From contig CAVPOM010000005.1 in assembly GCA_963707025.1 (NCBI GenBank), positions 96,001-160,000 on the forward strand: a stretch of 64,000 nt of DNA, read 5' to 3'. Shown here piece by piece: positions 21,474-33,782 of the stretch (position 1 is its first letter; each line of letters opens with the position of its first letter). The stretch is from an uncultured Verrucomicrobiae bacterium (GTDB lineage Bacteria > Verrucomicrobiota > Verrucomicrobiia > Limisphaerales > Palsa-1400). The position numbers were made by a program, and so were the translations under genes. Below the pieces are notes generated by a model. It saw only the letters and a list, made by a program, of their open reading frames with translations, was not told the origin of the DNA and ran no database searches.

Positions 21474-24400
21474 ATGAAATGGTTCAACCTCCCCTGTTTT
21501 GCGGCGCTGCTCGCGTTAATTTTCTGCGCGCCATCCCCATTACCCGCTCAGGTGGCAACGAACAGTCTTCCGGGGCGGGTGTTGGTGAAATTGCTTTCGG
21601 ATTATTTGCGCCCCCAAGTATACGCACTCAACGAATCCACGGGCACCAATGCAGGAACTTTGTTGGCCCTGAATGCGGCTGATGGTTCGACGATTGCGGA
21701 AATCACTGTTGGAACCAATCCGACCGATATGGCAATGAGTCCCGGTGGCGACGCCATTTACGTCATAAACGCCGGCAGTCGGACCATCGCCAAGGTAAAT
21801 CTTGGCACATTTAGCGTCTCGGCTGAGAAAGTTATTTCAACGCCTTATGCGGCAAATCTCGCCTATCCGCTTCATGTGGCGGCGGGCGGTTCCAATCTGG
21901 TTTATTTTACCGATGGAGCACTGGGGCCGCGAGTCACCCTATTTGACTATCAAAATGGCACAAATATAGGGATTTATAGCGGGACGGTCGGTGGCATGGT
22001 GCTCACTCACGACGGCGACACCATGTATACTTTTTATCAGTACGGGTGGGCCACGGGTGGGGATGATGGGACTGATTATTTTTCATACATACAACGGGTG
22101 AATGCGGCGACCAATGATCTGGTTGGTTTGGAAACGGGGCCCTTTCAGGGCTTTGGTCCCTTGAATGCGCCGATTTTGATGGATGCCACGGAAACGAAGG
22201 TCTTTAACAAGGTTCAAATGGTGTCAGCAAGCAATGTCTCCGATCTACTGACGCAATTCAGCGACAACATCTATGCCATTTCCGCTGATGGTTCACTGGC
22301 ATTCGGCCCGACGGAGGTCTTTGCGACCACCAACGGCAGCCAGCTTACCAATTTTCCATTCTCCTCCACCGTCCAGGTTCTATCGGGCGACCAGAGCAGA
22401 CTGTTCCGTTACCAAAGCAACACAAGCAGCCTGTTGATTTACGATATGACCACGGTGGCGCCGGTGAGCGAGCCATACATGATACCGACTCCTGCCAATG
22501 GCGCGGTGGTTAATCTGCCTTTAACCAACGTCGTGTGGACATTTTCACCTTATGCACTCAGCTATGATGTTTATTTCGGGACCAACCAATTCGATGTTGG
22601 CAACGCAACACCTGCTTCCTCACAATACCTAGGACGAGTCGGCTTCGCCGTTGGAACTTCTGCCACAACCGTTGTCCGCAGGCGCAACTGTACTATTGGA
22701 GGGTGGATGGCATCGGTCTAACCGTCACGAACACGGGAGTGGTTTGGTCGTTTACCACATCGCTTGCTGACCGTCGCACAGCAGGCATATATGTCGCTGG
22801 GAATTGCCGGAATGCCGGTTCTTCCGCAATCTCTGTCGTTAACCTCCCCGTTGCCGATCCCATGGAGCCTGGCAATCGCGCAACCGTGGCTCTCCGCATC
22901 CGCCACTAGTGGCGTCAGTCCATCGACGGTTACGCTCAGCTTCAACGCGACCAACCTGGTTAGCGGCATCTACACAAACCAAATATTGCTGACGGCCAAC
23001 GGGATTTCGCTGCCGCTTACACTGGTCCTGCAGTTGTATAATTTGAATGCCTCGAAAATGGTGGTCGATCCAAACCGTGATTATATTTACATTTTACATC
23101 CTGGGAGCGGAGTCAATGCCGATGCGTTTGTGCTATTCTTGAATACAGACACAGGCAACGTTGAGAAGGTTTTTCCCATTGGAAGAAATCCAACCGACAT
23201 GAGCATAAACAGGTTTGAGGACCGACTTTATGTGTCCAATTGGAAATATAACCAAACACAAGTCCTTGACCTAAAGGACAAAGCAGAACTTCCATCGCTT
23301 TCGCTCGGGACTGACGTATACAGATTAAGTGGGAGTTTCGCGGGTCAGCTCGTCACCGAAAGCGAATTTGAATGGATTACTGCCAGTCTTATTAATACCA
23401 CGAACGGCTCCGTAATTGCGACCGCAGGACTTTACGAGGGTGGTGGTCAATGCGATCCCAGCGGGCAATACTACTACCACGTCGAGGACAACCTTGACGC
23501 TGCTGGAATTACAAAATTCGCTATCGGAGATGCTGGGTTCGTCGCGGTCACCAGCGCCGGTCAGCATTTTCAGGCCGGTTCCCGCAATCTTGTAATGAGC
23601 TTGGATGGATCCAGGCTGTTTTGGACAGGTGCCATGTACGATTCTAATTTGCAAGATTTTGGCGTGATCGGTGCCGAGGTTTACTCGTCGTCCACGAATG
23701 GGGCGGTCGCTTTTAGCTATGTTCAGGCCATTGACACGGCCGCGAAATTGCCTATTTACAACTTGCCCATCCCTTCAACTGTTCAGGCAGTGGATCGCCT
23801 CGACCAGAACCTTTGGTATTTTAACAGTGTGAGCAACAACATTGGAAGTGTCCCGATGGTTTTGATAAAAGCCCCGTCAATTGTTCAGCAGCCCGGAACC
23901 AATATCGTGGTGGTTGCCGGGAACGAGCTGGACATCCCGGTCAGGGCCACCGGTCTTAGCCCCTTGGGCTACCAGTGGTATTTTAATAACGTTGCCATTA
24001 CCGGTGCGACCGATAATGGGTTCACGAATGCCAACCCCCAATATTTCCAGTCAGGCTCTTATTTTGAAATTGTCAGCAATGCGTTCGGCATGGCTACGAG
24101 CACCGTTGCCCAGGTGAGCATACTTCCGCTACTATACATCACTAACCAACCGTCCATCATCAGCGTCCTGGCCAACAGCAACGCCACCATGACCGTTGGC
24201 GCGTTCGGCACAGCCCCGATCAGCTATCAGTGGTCATTTGACGGCGCTGCGGTTGACGGTGCCACGAACAGCACCCTGACTGTGTCCAACGCCCAATCGC
24301 CCAACGAAGGCTATTATCAAGTCACCCTCGCCAATAATGTTGGCACATTCACAAGTCAGCCCATTTTTTTGCGGGTATTGCCTTCCGGCGTGGTGATTGT

Positions 24401-26218
24401 CTCCAACCCGGCGCCTCTTTCTGTCCCGGCAGGAACTCAAGCTGTGTTCAATGCCGGTGTGATTGGCAGCGCGCCGTTGACCTTCCAGTGGTTTAAGGAT
24501 GGGGATCTCCTGGCAGGAGCAGATTCACCCCAACTGGTCATATCCAATGCGCAGGCAGCCGATGCCGGCGTTTATCAAATACAGGTTTCAAACTATTTGG
24601 GATCAGCCACCAGCGCCGGGGCGACGTTGACGGTGCTGCCAGCCAAGCCGTCGTTTGTCTTGCAACCACTTCCAGCGGCTTCGGTGGCCGGCAGCAACGT
24701 GGTTTTTGCAAGTTTGGCCGTCGGTTCGGACGACGATTTGAACCCCCTCAGATATACCTGGTATTTCCAGAACAACAGAATCGCCGGGCAAACGACTGCC
24801 AATTTGCTGCTGTCTTCCATCACAGCCATGAACCAGGGCGCGTACTACGTTGTGGCTTCAAATGCCTACGGCATGGTCACCAGCGCCGTCGCCCAACTGA
24901 CGGTCTATCTGCCTCCCTCGTTCCAAACCGGATTATCCAACCAGGTGGTGACTGAGGGGAGAACAATCGTGTTGAGCGCCGGTGCCACTGGCACGCCGCC
25001 GCTGGCCTACTGTTGGAATTTCAACACCGCCCAACTTTCCAACACTGCCGCGTCCCTTTCCCTGACGAACATCACCCCGCAGCAGGCGGGATTTTATTCA
25101 GTCACGGTCACAAACCAGTATGGCAGCATCTCATCAACCGGCAGAGTGAGTGTTTTTTTGTCGCCCTCCCAGGTTGTGGCCTGGGGCGATAATTCGGGGG
25201 GACAAACCGAGGTGCCGACCAATTTGGACAATGCTGTGGCGATTGCGGGCGGGGATTATCATTCGGTTGCCATCCGGGATGACGGGACGCTGGTGGCTTG
25301 GGGATTTGATGACGAAGGACAAATTGACGTGCCGACCAACTCCTTGCCTTTTGTGTCGGTGGCCGCCGGAGCGGAGCATAATCTGGCCATAGCTGAAGAC
25401 GGCAGCGTTGTCGCCTGGGGAGCAAATGATTCTGGGCAAACGGATGTTCCCAGCACGGTGTCCTCCGTGCTCAGTGTGGCTGCCGGGGAGTCTGACAGCT
25501 TGGCCTTGCTGGCATCGGGAACCGTGGTGGCCTGGGGAGATGACACTTACGGGCAAACGAATCTTCCTTCGGTGCTTACGCAAGGAGGCTACTGGGTTTA
25601 TAGCTACTGGTGCGGTGGCGTGGGTGCCGGATCCAGACACAAGTGATTGCCGCAGGGCGCGACCACAATTTGGCATTGTTGTCCGATGGCACCGTGGTTG
25701 GATGGGGGAACAACAGTTTTGGCCAGGCGTCACCGCCGTCCAATCTCTCAAATGTCGTGGCCATCACTGCCGGTGATCTGCACAGCGCCGCGTTGTGCTC
25801 GAACGGAACCGTGGTGGTCTGGGGTGACGACACATTTGGGCAAACCAATGTGCCTGCGGGCCTCTCGAATGTTGTGGCCATTGCGGCCGGCGATTTCCAC
25901 ACCCTTGCTCTTTTGTCGAATGGCACTGTTGTGGGGTGGGGTGATGATACATTTGGCCAAGTGGTCGTGCCCTCAAGCGCAACGATTGCCATCGGGATTG
26001 CGTCCGGGTATTACCACGGGTTGGCCCTGGTTCCCTTCATGTCGCTTTTGCGGGCCAACATGACCCAGGGCGGGCTGGTAATTCAATGGAATGGGTCGGG
26101 GAATTTGCAATGGGCACCCAAAGTGACCGGGCCGTATGCCACTGTGCCGAGCCTGGGGAGCAGTTGGACAAATCTGGACATGTCCGCCCCTGCTAAATTC
26201 TTCCGGTTACAGCGATGA
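21474..26218 (+). CDS. Paralogous secreted protein: YVTN/YncE-like beta-propellers + BACON-like + Ig + RCC1 (frameshifted)
   Basis: Three ORF pieces (21474-22721, 22764-25646, 25610-26218) join into one architecture; ITVGTNPTDMAMSP propeller blades; ends KFFRLQR. Indels near 22660-22765 and 25610-25645. Confidence 0.75.
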
Positions 26219-26223
26219 CACCT

Positions 26224-26562
26224 TCAAAAGGATTGGGCTATCCGCATCTGGCCAGGGCCTTTGCCTAATGCGCTCGCCCCGGATATTACACGGCAACTGC
26301 CAACGATTTGCGCGCCTGCGCTCCTCACGATTCTAACGAAGAATCGCACAATAAACCCGGCCTGCTGGCAGATCAGGTAATCCGGCGGGACGGCAGAATT
26401 TGGCCGGTAGAAGACGCGGTGCAGTGGCAGGTTGTCCCGCGCCATCACCACTTTGGCCAAAAGCGTTCCTGGCAGGTTTGGGTCCGGCTCCACATGAACG
26501 GGAATGCCGGAGCGCTCCTCGACCTGGCCGAGCACCTTCCGTGTTGTTTCGCTCAAACTCAT
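26224..26562 (-). pseudogene. N-terminal fragment of a hypothetical protein
   Basis: MSLSETTRKVLGQVEERSGIPVHV... is protein-like for about 75 aa, then degenerates. Confidence 0.35.
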
Positions 26563-26679
26563 TTGACCGTGCCATGCTAAGCGGTCCGGTTGACGGTTGC
26601 GAGCCATGAACCCCCGAAAGTCTCGGATCGCACGGCAATGTGGATTTTAAAATTCGTGCGACGTGTCCTGGGCACCTCT

Positions 26680-27408
26680 ATGATGTGCGCTGTGTTCGAG
26701 CTTTTTTATCGGCTTCCTCGGAACGCCATCGCTATCTTCAGTGGTCGCAACCTTTTGTGGCACGCATCGGCCATTGTATTGACGATTGTGATAGTTACGT
26801 CCAGCTGCGATTGGGCCTATTATCGTTGGACGCGGGCGGAGACGTTTTCCGTGTTGGCCCGCCCGGCACTCCGGCTCGGAATGTTGATGCCTGTCCTGGG
26901 GAGTTTGGTCATCCTGGTCGCGGGAATGGCAACAAGAAACCGCCGCCTCACCACGACCGCCTGGGCTTTGGGGCAGGCGGCGCTTCTCGCGTACCTGATC
27001 ACTTCCTGCTACAAGGCAATCACCGGACGCCGCCCGCCGCCGTTTCACGGCCATGTTGGAACGTTTGCGCTGAACGGCCCTGCGCTGACGGACTCCAGCC
27101 ACGGCTTCCAATTTGGCTTTCTTAGGGGCGGCATCTTTTGGGGTTGGCCGTCGGGACACACCACCGTGGCGTTTGCCATGGCGCTCTGCCTGACGACGCT
27201 TTATCCCAGGAACAGGAGCATTGTCTTCTGCGCGCTGCTTTACGCGTTTTACATTGGGCTTGGCGTTTCCGTGACCATCCATTGGGTTTCCGAATTCGCG
27301 GCCGGAGCCATCATTGGCAGCGTAATCGGGATGACGGTTGGCCGAAGTTTCAGAGTCAAACTCCTTGATTGTAATGACGATTCGCACCCATGTGACGACA
27401 AACCATAG
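26680..27408 (+). CDS. PAP2 superfamily membrane phosphatase
   Basis: K..TGR.PP, WPSGH and HWVSE motifs with TM helices; start uncertain. Confidence 0.8.
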   Translation: MMCAVFELFYRLPRNAIAIFSGRNLLWHASAIVLTIVIVTSSCDWAYYRWTRAETFSVLARPALRLGMLMPVLGSLVILVAGMATRNRRLTTTAWALGQAALLAYLITSCYKAITGRRPPPFHGHVGTFALNGPALTDSSHGFQFGFLRGGIFWGWPSGHTTVAFAMALCLTTLYPRNRSIVFCALLYAFYIGLGVSVTIHWVSEFAAGAIIGSVIGMTVGRSFRVKLLDCNDDSHPCDDKP

Positions 27409-27410
27409 CC

Positions 27411-27977
27411 ATGACCACAGCACTTGATCGCGATCTAAAAACACTCAAAGCCCGCGCTTTTGATACGGCAGATTGGGTTGAGGAGGTTCTTCGGCGTTAT
27501 CATATCGCAAGCGTGAATCTTGACGATTCGGTTGCTCAACAACTACGAACGTTGCACGACTGGATGCTCGTCCCAATAACGCTTTGGCCATTTAACGTCC
27601 ACGATGTGCTAGAAAATTGCCTTGGTGCTCTGGAGAATGGAAAACGTTTGAACGTGCGGCACTGTCTTCTCATTGACCTGCTGCCGGAACCACCGGACGA
27701 AACCATTTGCGCCGCCATGTCGGACCACGAACTCCACTTTCAGCACGGCGCATACGAAAACCTAGTCAAAACGCAGGCCAAATATGCCCAGAACGAACTG
27801 GCCATCAAAGCAAATCCTGAACTTCGCCGCCAATGGGCGCGCATCAAAGCGGCCTTCAACGTTCAAGCCCACTGCGACCATAAGGGGGTAATCCGCCGGA
27901 CCATGACTGCCGCGCGCAACGTCCGCCCGTCGTTTACTTTCAACATGCACCCCGACTATACTTACGGCAGCTCATGA
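27411..27977 (+). CDS. Hypothetical protein, possibly truncated
   Basis: 188-aa ORF 2 bp after the PAP2 gene. Confidence 0.45.
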   Translation: MTTALDRDLKTLKARAFDTADWVEEVLRRYHIASVNLDDSVAQQLRTLHDWMLVPITLWPFNVHDVLENCLGALENGKRLNVRHCLLIDLLPEPPDETICAAMSDHELHFQHGAYENLVKTQAKYAQNELAIKANPELRRQWARIKAAFNVQAHCDHKGVIRRTMTAARNVRPSFTFNMHPDYTYGSS

Positions 27978-28062
27978 AGGCGAACTGCTGCAACCGCTAC
28001 TCTCTCCTGTTCCCAGCGGTGGTGACCGCTGCCGCTGGACCATCTTGCGCGAGAGGAAAACA

Positions 28063-29052
28063 ATGATTTGTAACGATTTTGGTGACATTTACAAATCGTT
28101 GGATAGGTTTCCACGTTTATCACTCGGAAGATTTCCGTCACCAGTGAGGCAAGTAACGCTGGAAAATGATTTCCGGTTTTGGATCAAGGACGACGGGCTA
28201 TGCTCCGAATTCTATGGCGGTAACAAGCTTCGAAAGCTGGAATACTTGCTGGCGGCCGTCCAGAGAAACCAGAAGGGTGCGCTGGTTGTGCATGGTGACG
28301 TGGAATCACACACGGTGCAGGCCTGCGGGATTTTGGGCCGAAGGGCGGGTTTGGATGTGAATGCGGTGGTTTTCCGTTATCGAGGCCAATCGTTCAATGC
28401 GCCAGAACTGGCCCGGCTTCGCGAGATAGGGGTCCGCATTCACCAGCGGAGCACGATGCTTGCGACAGTGTTGCATGCCCACTGGATTGGATGGCGCATG
28501 AATGCCCGCGTCGTGCCCCTGGGAGCTTCGACACCCGTGGCAACACTGGGGCATGTCCGGGCCGCACTGGAGTTGGTTGAGCAGGTGCGGGCTGGATTGC
28601 TGCCGCAACCGCGTCGCATTTACATCCCGTTTGCGACCGGCGGTTCGGTCGCGGGACTGCTGATCGGCCTGACTGCGACGGGATCCACCACGCGGGTGGT
28701 GGCCGTGCAAACAGTGGAGACCATCATCGCAAATCGTCGTCGGCTGGAACGACTCCTGAAAAACACGCTTTCGCTGCTCGACTTTGGAGAAGTGAGCCTC
28801 GAGCGTTGTTTAAATCAACTTGAAATGATTGACGATCATCAACTCGGACGAGGTTATCGAGATGTCCCGGCGGGCACGAGGGCGGCGATTTCCGTTGGGG
28901 CGAAATACGAACTTTACCTGGATCCAGCGTTCAGCGGGAAGGCGTTTGCCGCGTTGCTAGAGGCCCTTCCACAATCCCCAAATGGTGAGCTGGTCTTTTG
29001 GAATACGCATGATCAGCATGGGCTGTCGGTTGGTTTGGGAGGCGCCAGATGA
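28063..29052 (+). CDS. PLP-dependent enzyme, ACC deaminase / D-cysteine desulfhydrase family
   Basis: WIKDDG, YGGNKLRKLEYL (PLP lysine), ATGGS, LDPAFSGKA; GAGG RBS. Confidence 0.85.
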   Translation: MICNDFGDIYKSLDRFPRLSLGRFPSPVRQVTLENDFRFWIKDDGLCSEFYGGNKLRKLEYLLAAVQRNQKGALVVHGDVESHTVQACGILGRRAGLDVNAVVFRYRGQSFNAPELARLREIGVRIHQRSTMLATVLHAHWIGWRMNARVVPLGASTPVATLGHVRAALELVEQVRAGLLPQPRRIYIPFATGGSVAGLLIGLTATGSTTRVVAVQTVETIIANRRRLERLLKNTLSLLDFGEVSLERCLNQLEMIDDHQLGRGYRDVPAGTRAAISVGAKYELYLDPAFSGKAFAALLEALPQSPNGELVFWNTHDQHGLSVGLGGAR

Positions 29053-29714
29053 AGCTCGATTGCCTTTGGCGGCGGGTCATCGCGGAATGGAAGATCAAGA
29101 TTTTCCTCGGCGGCGGCATTACGCTGGCATTTTGGACAGGCTACTTCCTGCTCGAACGTTTGTCGGAAAGGCGCGTGACCGAGATGCCTCAATTGACGAT
29201 TGACCGTTTAATTCCTTTTCAGCCCGGAACGGCCTTTGTGTATGTCTCCCAGTTTGTCACCATGCCACTGGTGATCTGGTTAATGACATCGCGTCGCCAA
29301 TTGCTCGCCTGCTGCCGGGGCGTTGCCTCACTGATCATCGTCAGTTTTATCATTTTCTATTTCTGGCCGACTTCCGTGGCACGACCCAAGGCGTTTCCTG
29401 GCGGACACTTTTTCTACGATTTGATCGTAAGCTCCGACCTGCCCCGCAATGCGTGCCCGTCGCTGCATGCTGGCTTTGGCGTGTTTACCGCAGGATGTGC
29501 ATGTGACGTTTTCCGTGGCTGGAAACACAATCAATGGTTCGTCGGGGCTGTCTGGGTGTGGACTGCCGCAGTGTTGGTGTCCACGCTTTTGATAAAACAG
29601 CATGTTTTGCTGGATTTGCTGGCTGGCAGCTTTCTGGGGGCGCTGAGTTGGTTGGCAACGCACTGGCAAAACAGGTTTTCCAAGGGATTTGCCGTGGAAA
29701 GGGCGCCGATATGA
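29049..29714 (+). CDS. PAP2-like membrane protein (IPC synthase/AUR1-like)
   Basis: NACPSLH and STLLIKQH..LD motifs, TM helices, ATGA coupling. Confidence 0.8.
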   Translation: MKLDCLWRRVIAEWKIKIFLGGGITLAFWTGYFLLERLSERRVTEMPQLTIDRLIPFQPGTAFVYVSQFVTMPLVIWLMTSRRQLLACCRGVASLIIVSFIIFYFWPTSVARPKAFPGGHFFYDLIVSSDLPRNACPSLHAGFGVFTAGCACDVFRGWKHNQWFVGAVWVWTAAVLVSTLLIKQHVLLDLLAGSFLGALSWLATHWQNRFSKGFAVERAPI

Positions 29715-31462
29715 GTTGGCATCCCGGCAGCACAAATATTACCGCAGCCGAAGCGACAGTGGAAGCTTTGAAGCTCCTGGCCGTGGAGCGGATTTTCGGG
29801 CTGCCGGGAATTCAAAACATTGAATTATTCGACGCGTTAGCCGACGCTCCATTTCCCACCTTCACCCCAACCAACGAGAGCGCCGCGATATTCATGGCCG
29901 ATGCCTATGCCCGAGTTACTGGAAAACTCGGCATCGCCGTGGTCACGTCCGGACCAGGGCTGACCAACGCCCTCACCGGGATCGCTGAGGCCCGGCTTGA
30001 TTCCTCGCCGTTGGTGGTTCTGGTCAGCGCGAGTGGCGAAGTGCCGGGAAAAACGTTTCAGCTTCATCAAATCCAGCAAGACGCGGTGGTGGAGCAGCTG
30101 GTCAAAGGATGCTTCAAACCGGCGACAGCGGAAGAAGTTCCTCAGGCCGTGTTGCGCGCGGCGGAATTGGCCTGCCAAGGTGAGCCGGGACCGACACTGG
30201 TCGAACTGCCTTCAACTCTGTTGATGGAGCGGAGCCGGTTCATATTCGCCCCGGGCACTTGCCCTCCACCTCCCCAAGACATTGGCGGGCAACTTGATGC
30301 GGCGGCGGATCAACTGCGGCATTCTCCTTCTGTTGGAGTTTACGCAGGTGCTGGCGCGGTAACGGCCACGGATGAGTTGAGGGAGTTGGCGGAGTTACTG
30401 CAGGCCCCGGTGGCGACGACGATCTCCGGTCGCGGCGTCATTTCCGAGGATCACCCCCTTAGCGTCGGCTATGGCTTTGGGCGCAGCGGAACGACAGCAG
30501 CCTGGCGGGTTTTCCGGAAAATCCATACTCTGTTGGCCGTGGGTTGCAAATATGGCGAGACGGCCACGGGTGCTTACGGAGTGCAACCGCCTCGGGAGCA
30601 TATCCATATCAATATTAGCCCGGCGTCGTTGGGAGCAAATTATCCGACCTCGCTGGCAATTGCCTCGGACGCAAAGATCGCGCTCAGAGGTTTGTTGGCT
30701 CGCCTCGCGGGAGATCGCCGGCCAGCCAACGCAGCCCTACAGGAGTTCATCAGCCAAGCCCGCGCGCGTTGTGAAACCAAGGCTTTGGCAATTCCAGCTT
30801 CGTCCGCCGGTGTCACCCCGTCCAAGTTCCTTCGGCTCCTGCGGCGGCGCTTGGATCGGGACGCGATTCTGGTCGCGGACAGCGGATCGCACCAGTTCTG
30901 GGCTCTAAATGATTTCTCGGTTTTTTCACCCCGCTCATTTCTCGCGCCAGCGGATTTCCAGGCAATGGGCTTTTCAATCCCGGCGGCCATTTCGGCCAAA
31001 CTCTCCTTCCCGACACGACAGGTGGTGAGTCTGGTCGGAGACGGTGGATTCCTGATGAGCGGCTTCGAATGCCTCAACGCTGTGCGGTGGGGGGCAAAAA
31101 TTCTCGTGGTGGTTTTCCGGGACGGAGCTTGGGGGCTGATCAAAGAAGCCCAACGCCGCGTTTACCGTCGCACGCCATTCACCCAGCTTCCCAACCCTGA
31201 CTTTCAGATCCTGGCGCAGAGTTTTGGCATGGAGTACGTCCGTATTGCGAGCGATACCGACACCGAAAACGGCTTGAACAAGGCTTTGGTGGCCGGATCG
31301 CCAGCCCTGATTGAAGTGAACGTGGACTATGCCGAACCGCCTCCCTATGTGAAGGGAGCGGGGCCACAGATGTTTCGCAATCTGCCCTCACGACTGAAGG
31401 TCGGTGTCGCCCTGCGATTCGCCAAACGCTGGTTTTTTCCGCCCCGAACAATGCAACCATGA
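29711..31462 (+). CDS. Thiamine pyrophosphate-dependent enzyme (acetolactate synthase large subunit-like)
   Basis: IFGLPG, NE..A.FMADAYAR.TG, SGPG.TN, GDGG TPP motif. Confidence 0.9.
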   Translation: MSWHPGSTNITAAEATVEALKLLAVERIFGLPGIQNIELFDALADAPFPTFTPTNESAAIFMADAYARVTGKLGIAVVTSGPGLTNALTGIAEARLDSSPLVVLVSASGEVPGKTFQLHQIQQDAVVEQLVKGCFKPATAEEVPQAVLRAAELACQGEPGPTLVELPSTLLMERSRFIFAPGTCPPPPQDIGGQLDAAADQLRHSPSVGVYAGAGAVTATDELRELAELLQAPVATTISGRGVISEDHPLSVGYGFGRSGTTAAWRVFRKIHTLLAVGCKYGETATGAYGVQPPREHIHINISPASLGANYPTSLAIASDAKIALRGLLARLAGDRRPANAALQEFISQARARCETKALAIPASSAGVTPSKFLRLLRRRLDRDAILVADSGSHQFWALNDFSVFSPRSFLAPADFQAMGFSIPAAISAKLSFPTRQVVSLVGDGGFLMSGFECLNAVRWGAKILVVVFRDGAWGLIKEAQRRVYRRTPFTQLPNPDFQILAQSFGMEYVRIASDTDTENGLNKALVAGSPALIEVNVDYAEPPPYVKGAGPQMFRNLPSRLKVGVALRFAKRWFFPPRTMQP

Positions 31463-32100
31463 GCCGCACTGTCATTCGCTTTTGGGTTTATGTGCTGCCG
31501 CTGCCGCTGTTTGTGGTGATGTATTTTGTTTGGGCGGCGTGGTCAGACAACCGGGTTTTCGCGCTCTACGTGATGCTCTTGCCGTTGTTTTACGGCTACG
31601 TGGCACCCGGCATCGCCACCAACCTGTTGCACAAATGGCGGTTTAAGGGACCGTGGGTGGTGGGCAGCTATTACGCGCACCACGGCTTCATGTACTCGGC
31701 GAATTTGAGTTCCTTGCTGTTTATCGCCTTCCTGGGAACCAACCGTGAACCTCTGTCGCTCGCAACGGTGTTTCGGGTTCTGTTATGCACGGGTGCTCTC
31801 CACGGCTTCGTGGCCTGGATGCATGACATCCTGATCGTGCGCCACGGCATGGTGGAGATTTACAACCGTCCGGCCGCAGAGGGGCGGAGTCCTGAAGAAA
31901 TCGTAACGCATTACGCGCCGCTTTGTTTCTTCCTGCTCGGACTGACGTACGCGGCCGGAGCTTTGCTGGCTTTCCAAACCTTTGTGGTGCATCAACAGAC
32001 CAACGCCGCCTCCATCGTCTGGGTATCCCTTGCCGGAGTCGTACTTATGTTCTCGCTCCCCTCGCTGGCATACCGGGCATCGGAGGGAAAGCAGCGTTAA
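31459..32100 (+). CDS. Integral membrane protein of unknown function
   Basis: 213 aa, about 6 TM segments, translationally coupled. Confidence 0.7.
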   Translation: MSRTVIRFWVYVLPLPLFVVMYFVWAAWSDNRVFALYVMLLPLFYGYVAPGIATNLLHKWRFKGPWVVGSYYAHHGFMYSANLSSLLFIAFLGTNREPLSLATVFRVLLCTGALHGFVAWMHDILIVRHGMVEIYNRPAAEGRSPEEIVTHYAPLCFFLLGLTYAAGALLAFQTFVVHQQTNAASIVWVSLAGVVLMFSLPSLAYRASEGKQR

Positions 32101-32360
32101 GCCCTGAACACACTCGAAACCGCAGGACGGCGGGACCTGACGCCGGCCTCAATCATTGTTTTTGTCAATAACTCCACACATTTTTTCAATTAACACCGGG
32201 ACGAATGCCAGGTTTAGCTTGTCGTTGTGAGAACAGCCAGGAACAGGATTCAACAAGCAACGCGCCGAACCTGCGCCAAATCGCGCTTGATACCGGGATG
32301 GATTGGAGGACAATTAGCCCAGCATGCTACACAAAACATTCGATTAAGTAACACTAATCT

Positions 32361-32984
32361 ATGAAATTAAACTTCAAAACCCTCTCTCTGGCGTTCGTGG
32401 TCATGTCGTCCATCCAAAGCAGCACCGTGGCCTTCGCGGCGGCCAACGTCCACGAAGCGGACCATGTGGCGCTGCGCGCTTTACGCGACAAGGCGGCCAC
32501 AGCAATTAACACGCAAGACATCAAGGCGCTGGCGTCCTGCTTCGCCAAGGATTTCGTTTTTGCGGCCGTCAACCAGACCGTCCTGACCAACGAGGCCCAG
32601 ATGCAGGATTTCTTCGACCGCATGTTCAAGTCAAGCGATGCGTTGGTCACCAGCCTGAAGTCCGAGCCGACGGCGGATATCCTGACTCGTTTTGTGGATG
32701 CCAACACGGGAGTGTGTTACGGCAGTTCCAAAGACACGTACACCATGAAGTCAGGAGAAGTGGTTGAGATGAACGTCCGCTGGAGCGCCACTGTGGTGAA
32801 GGAGAATGGCGAGTGGAAGGTCGCCCTGGCTCATGTCGGCACCGACTTCCTGAACAATCCGGTCCTGGATGGGGCCAAGGCTCTGTTAAAAAAGGTCGGT
32901 GTTGGCGCCGGCGTGGGCGGTCTGCTGGTCGGCGGCATTTTGGGGGTCATGATCGGTCGGGGCAAGAAGCCTAACCGCGCATAA
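32361..32984 (+). CDS. Exported NTF2/SnoaL-like protein with C-terminal TM anchor
   Basis: Signal peptide, AINTQD...LASCFAKDF, RWSATVVKENGEWKV..AH. Confidence 0.75.
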   Translation: MKLNFKTLSLAFVVMSSIQSSTVAFAAANVHEADHVALRALRDKAATAINTQDIKALASCFAKDFVFAAVNQTVLTNEAQMQDFFDRMFKSSDALVTSLKSEPTADILTRFVDANTGVCYGSSKDTYTMKSGEVVEMNVRWSATVVKENGEWKVALAHVGTDFLNNPVLDGAKALLKKVGVGAGVGGLLVGGILGVMIGRGKKPNRA

Positions 32985-33057
32985 GCCCGGTGGCCTGCAG
33001 CAGAGCGTGCGACCTCGCTTGGTTTCCGTTTGCCGACAGAATTTGCAAGGTAACTTT

Positions 33058-33782
33058 ATGGAATCAACTTCTTCGAGCGCGGTGAGAATCGGTGACGCTG
33101 GTGAGGCAAAGGTGTTAAGCCCGGTCCTCTCCGGTTCAAAGCGGTTGTTGATGTTGGTGATCAATTATTGCCCGCTCCTGCACGCCATTTTGATCGGGGT
33201 CACCCTCAGCATCACCTGGGCACCGTGGCACTGGCGGCTTCTCGCCGGGCTGGGTTTGCTCTATCTTCTGCCGCCGCTGGCCGCCAGGGTAATCCGGGCG
33301 GTGGCGCCTCTCCGGGAAGGGCGGATTCCAGTTGGCACGAGGCAATTCTTTTCGTGGTGGGTCTTGTTCAACCTGCAGGTGCTTTTCTGCCGGCTGCCGC
33401 GTTGGAGGAAGTGCTTCGGCTGGCGCCCGGTCTTTACACCCTCTGGCTGAGGCTTTGGGGCGCGCGCATTGGCCGGTTGACTTATTGGGCCGCCGGGCTG
33501 CGAATTCTTGATCGCTCTTTTATTTGCATCGGCGACGACGTTATCTTCGGCGCGGGGGTGCGGCTGAACCCACATGTCATGATACGCAATGACAGGGGCG
33601 AGTTGGAACTGATTCTGGCTACTGTGAACATTGGCGACCGTGTTGTTGTCGGCGGTTACTCGCTGCTGACGGCCGGGACCGTGATCGCGCCGGATGAATG
33701 CACGCGAGCCTTCCTGATTTCTCCGCCGTTCAGCAAGTGGAAGAACGGAACGCGCGTCGCCAAAAAGGACGCCACACCATGA
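33058..33782 (+). CDS. Membrane-anchored hexapeptide-repeat (LbH) acyltransferase-like protein (frameshifted)
   Basis: Two overlapping ORFs; LRLWGARIG, IGDDVIFG, IGDRVVVG; indel near 33400. Confidence 0.7.

Noticed and set aside
14483..26218. Diversity-generating retroelement behind the duplicated or variable segments
   Set aside because: No reverse transcriptase in the window, and the differences are not adenine-specific.
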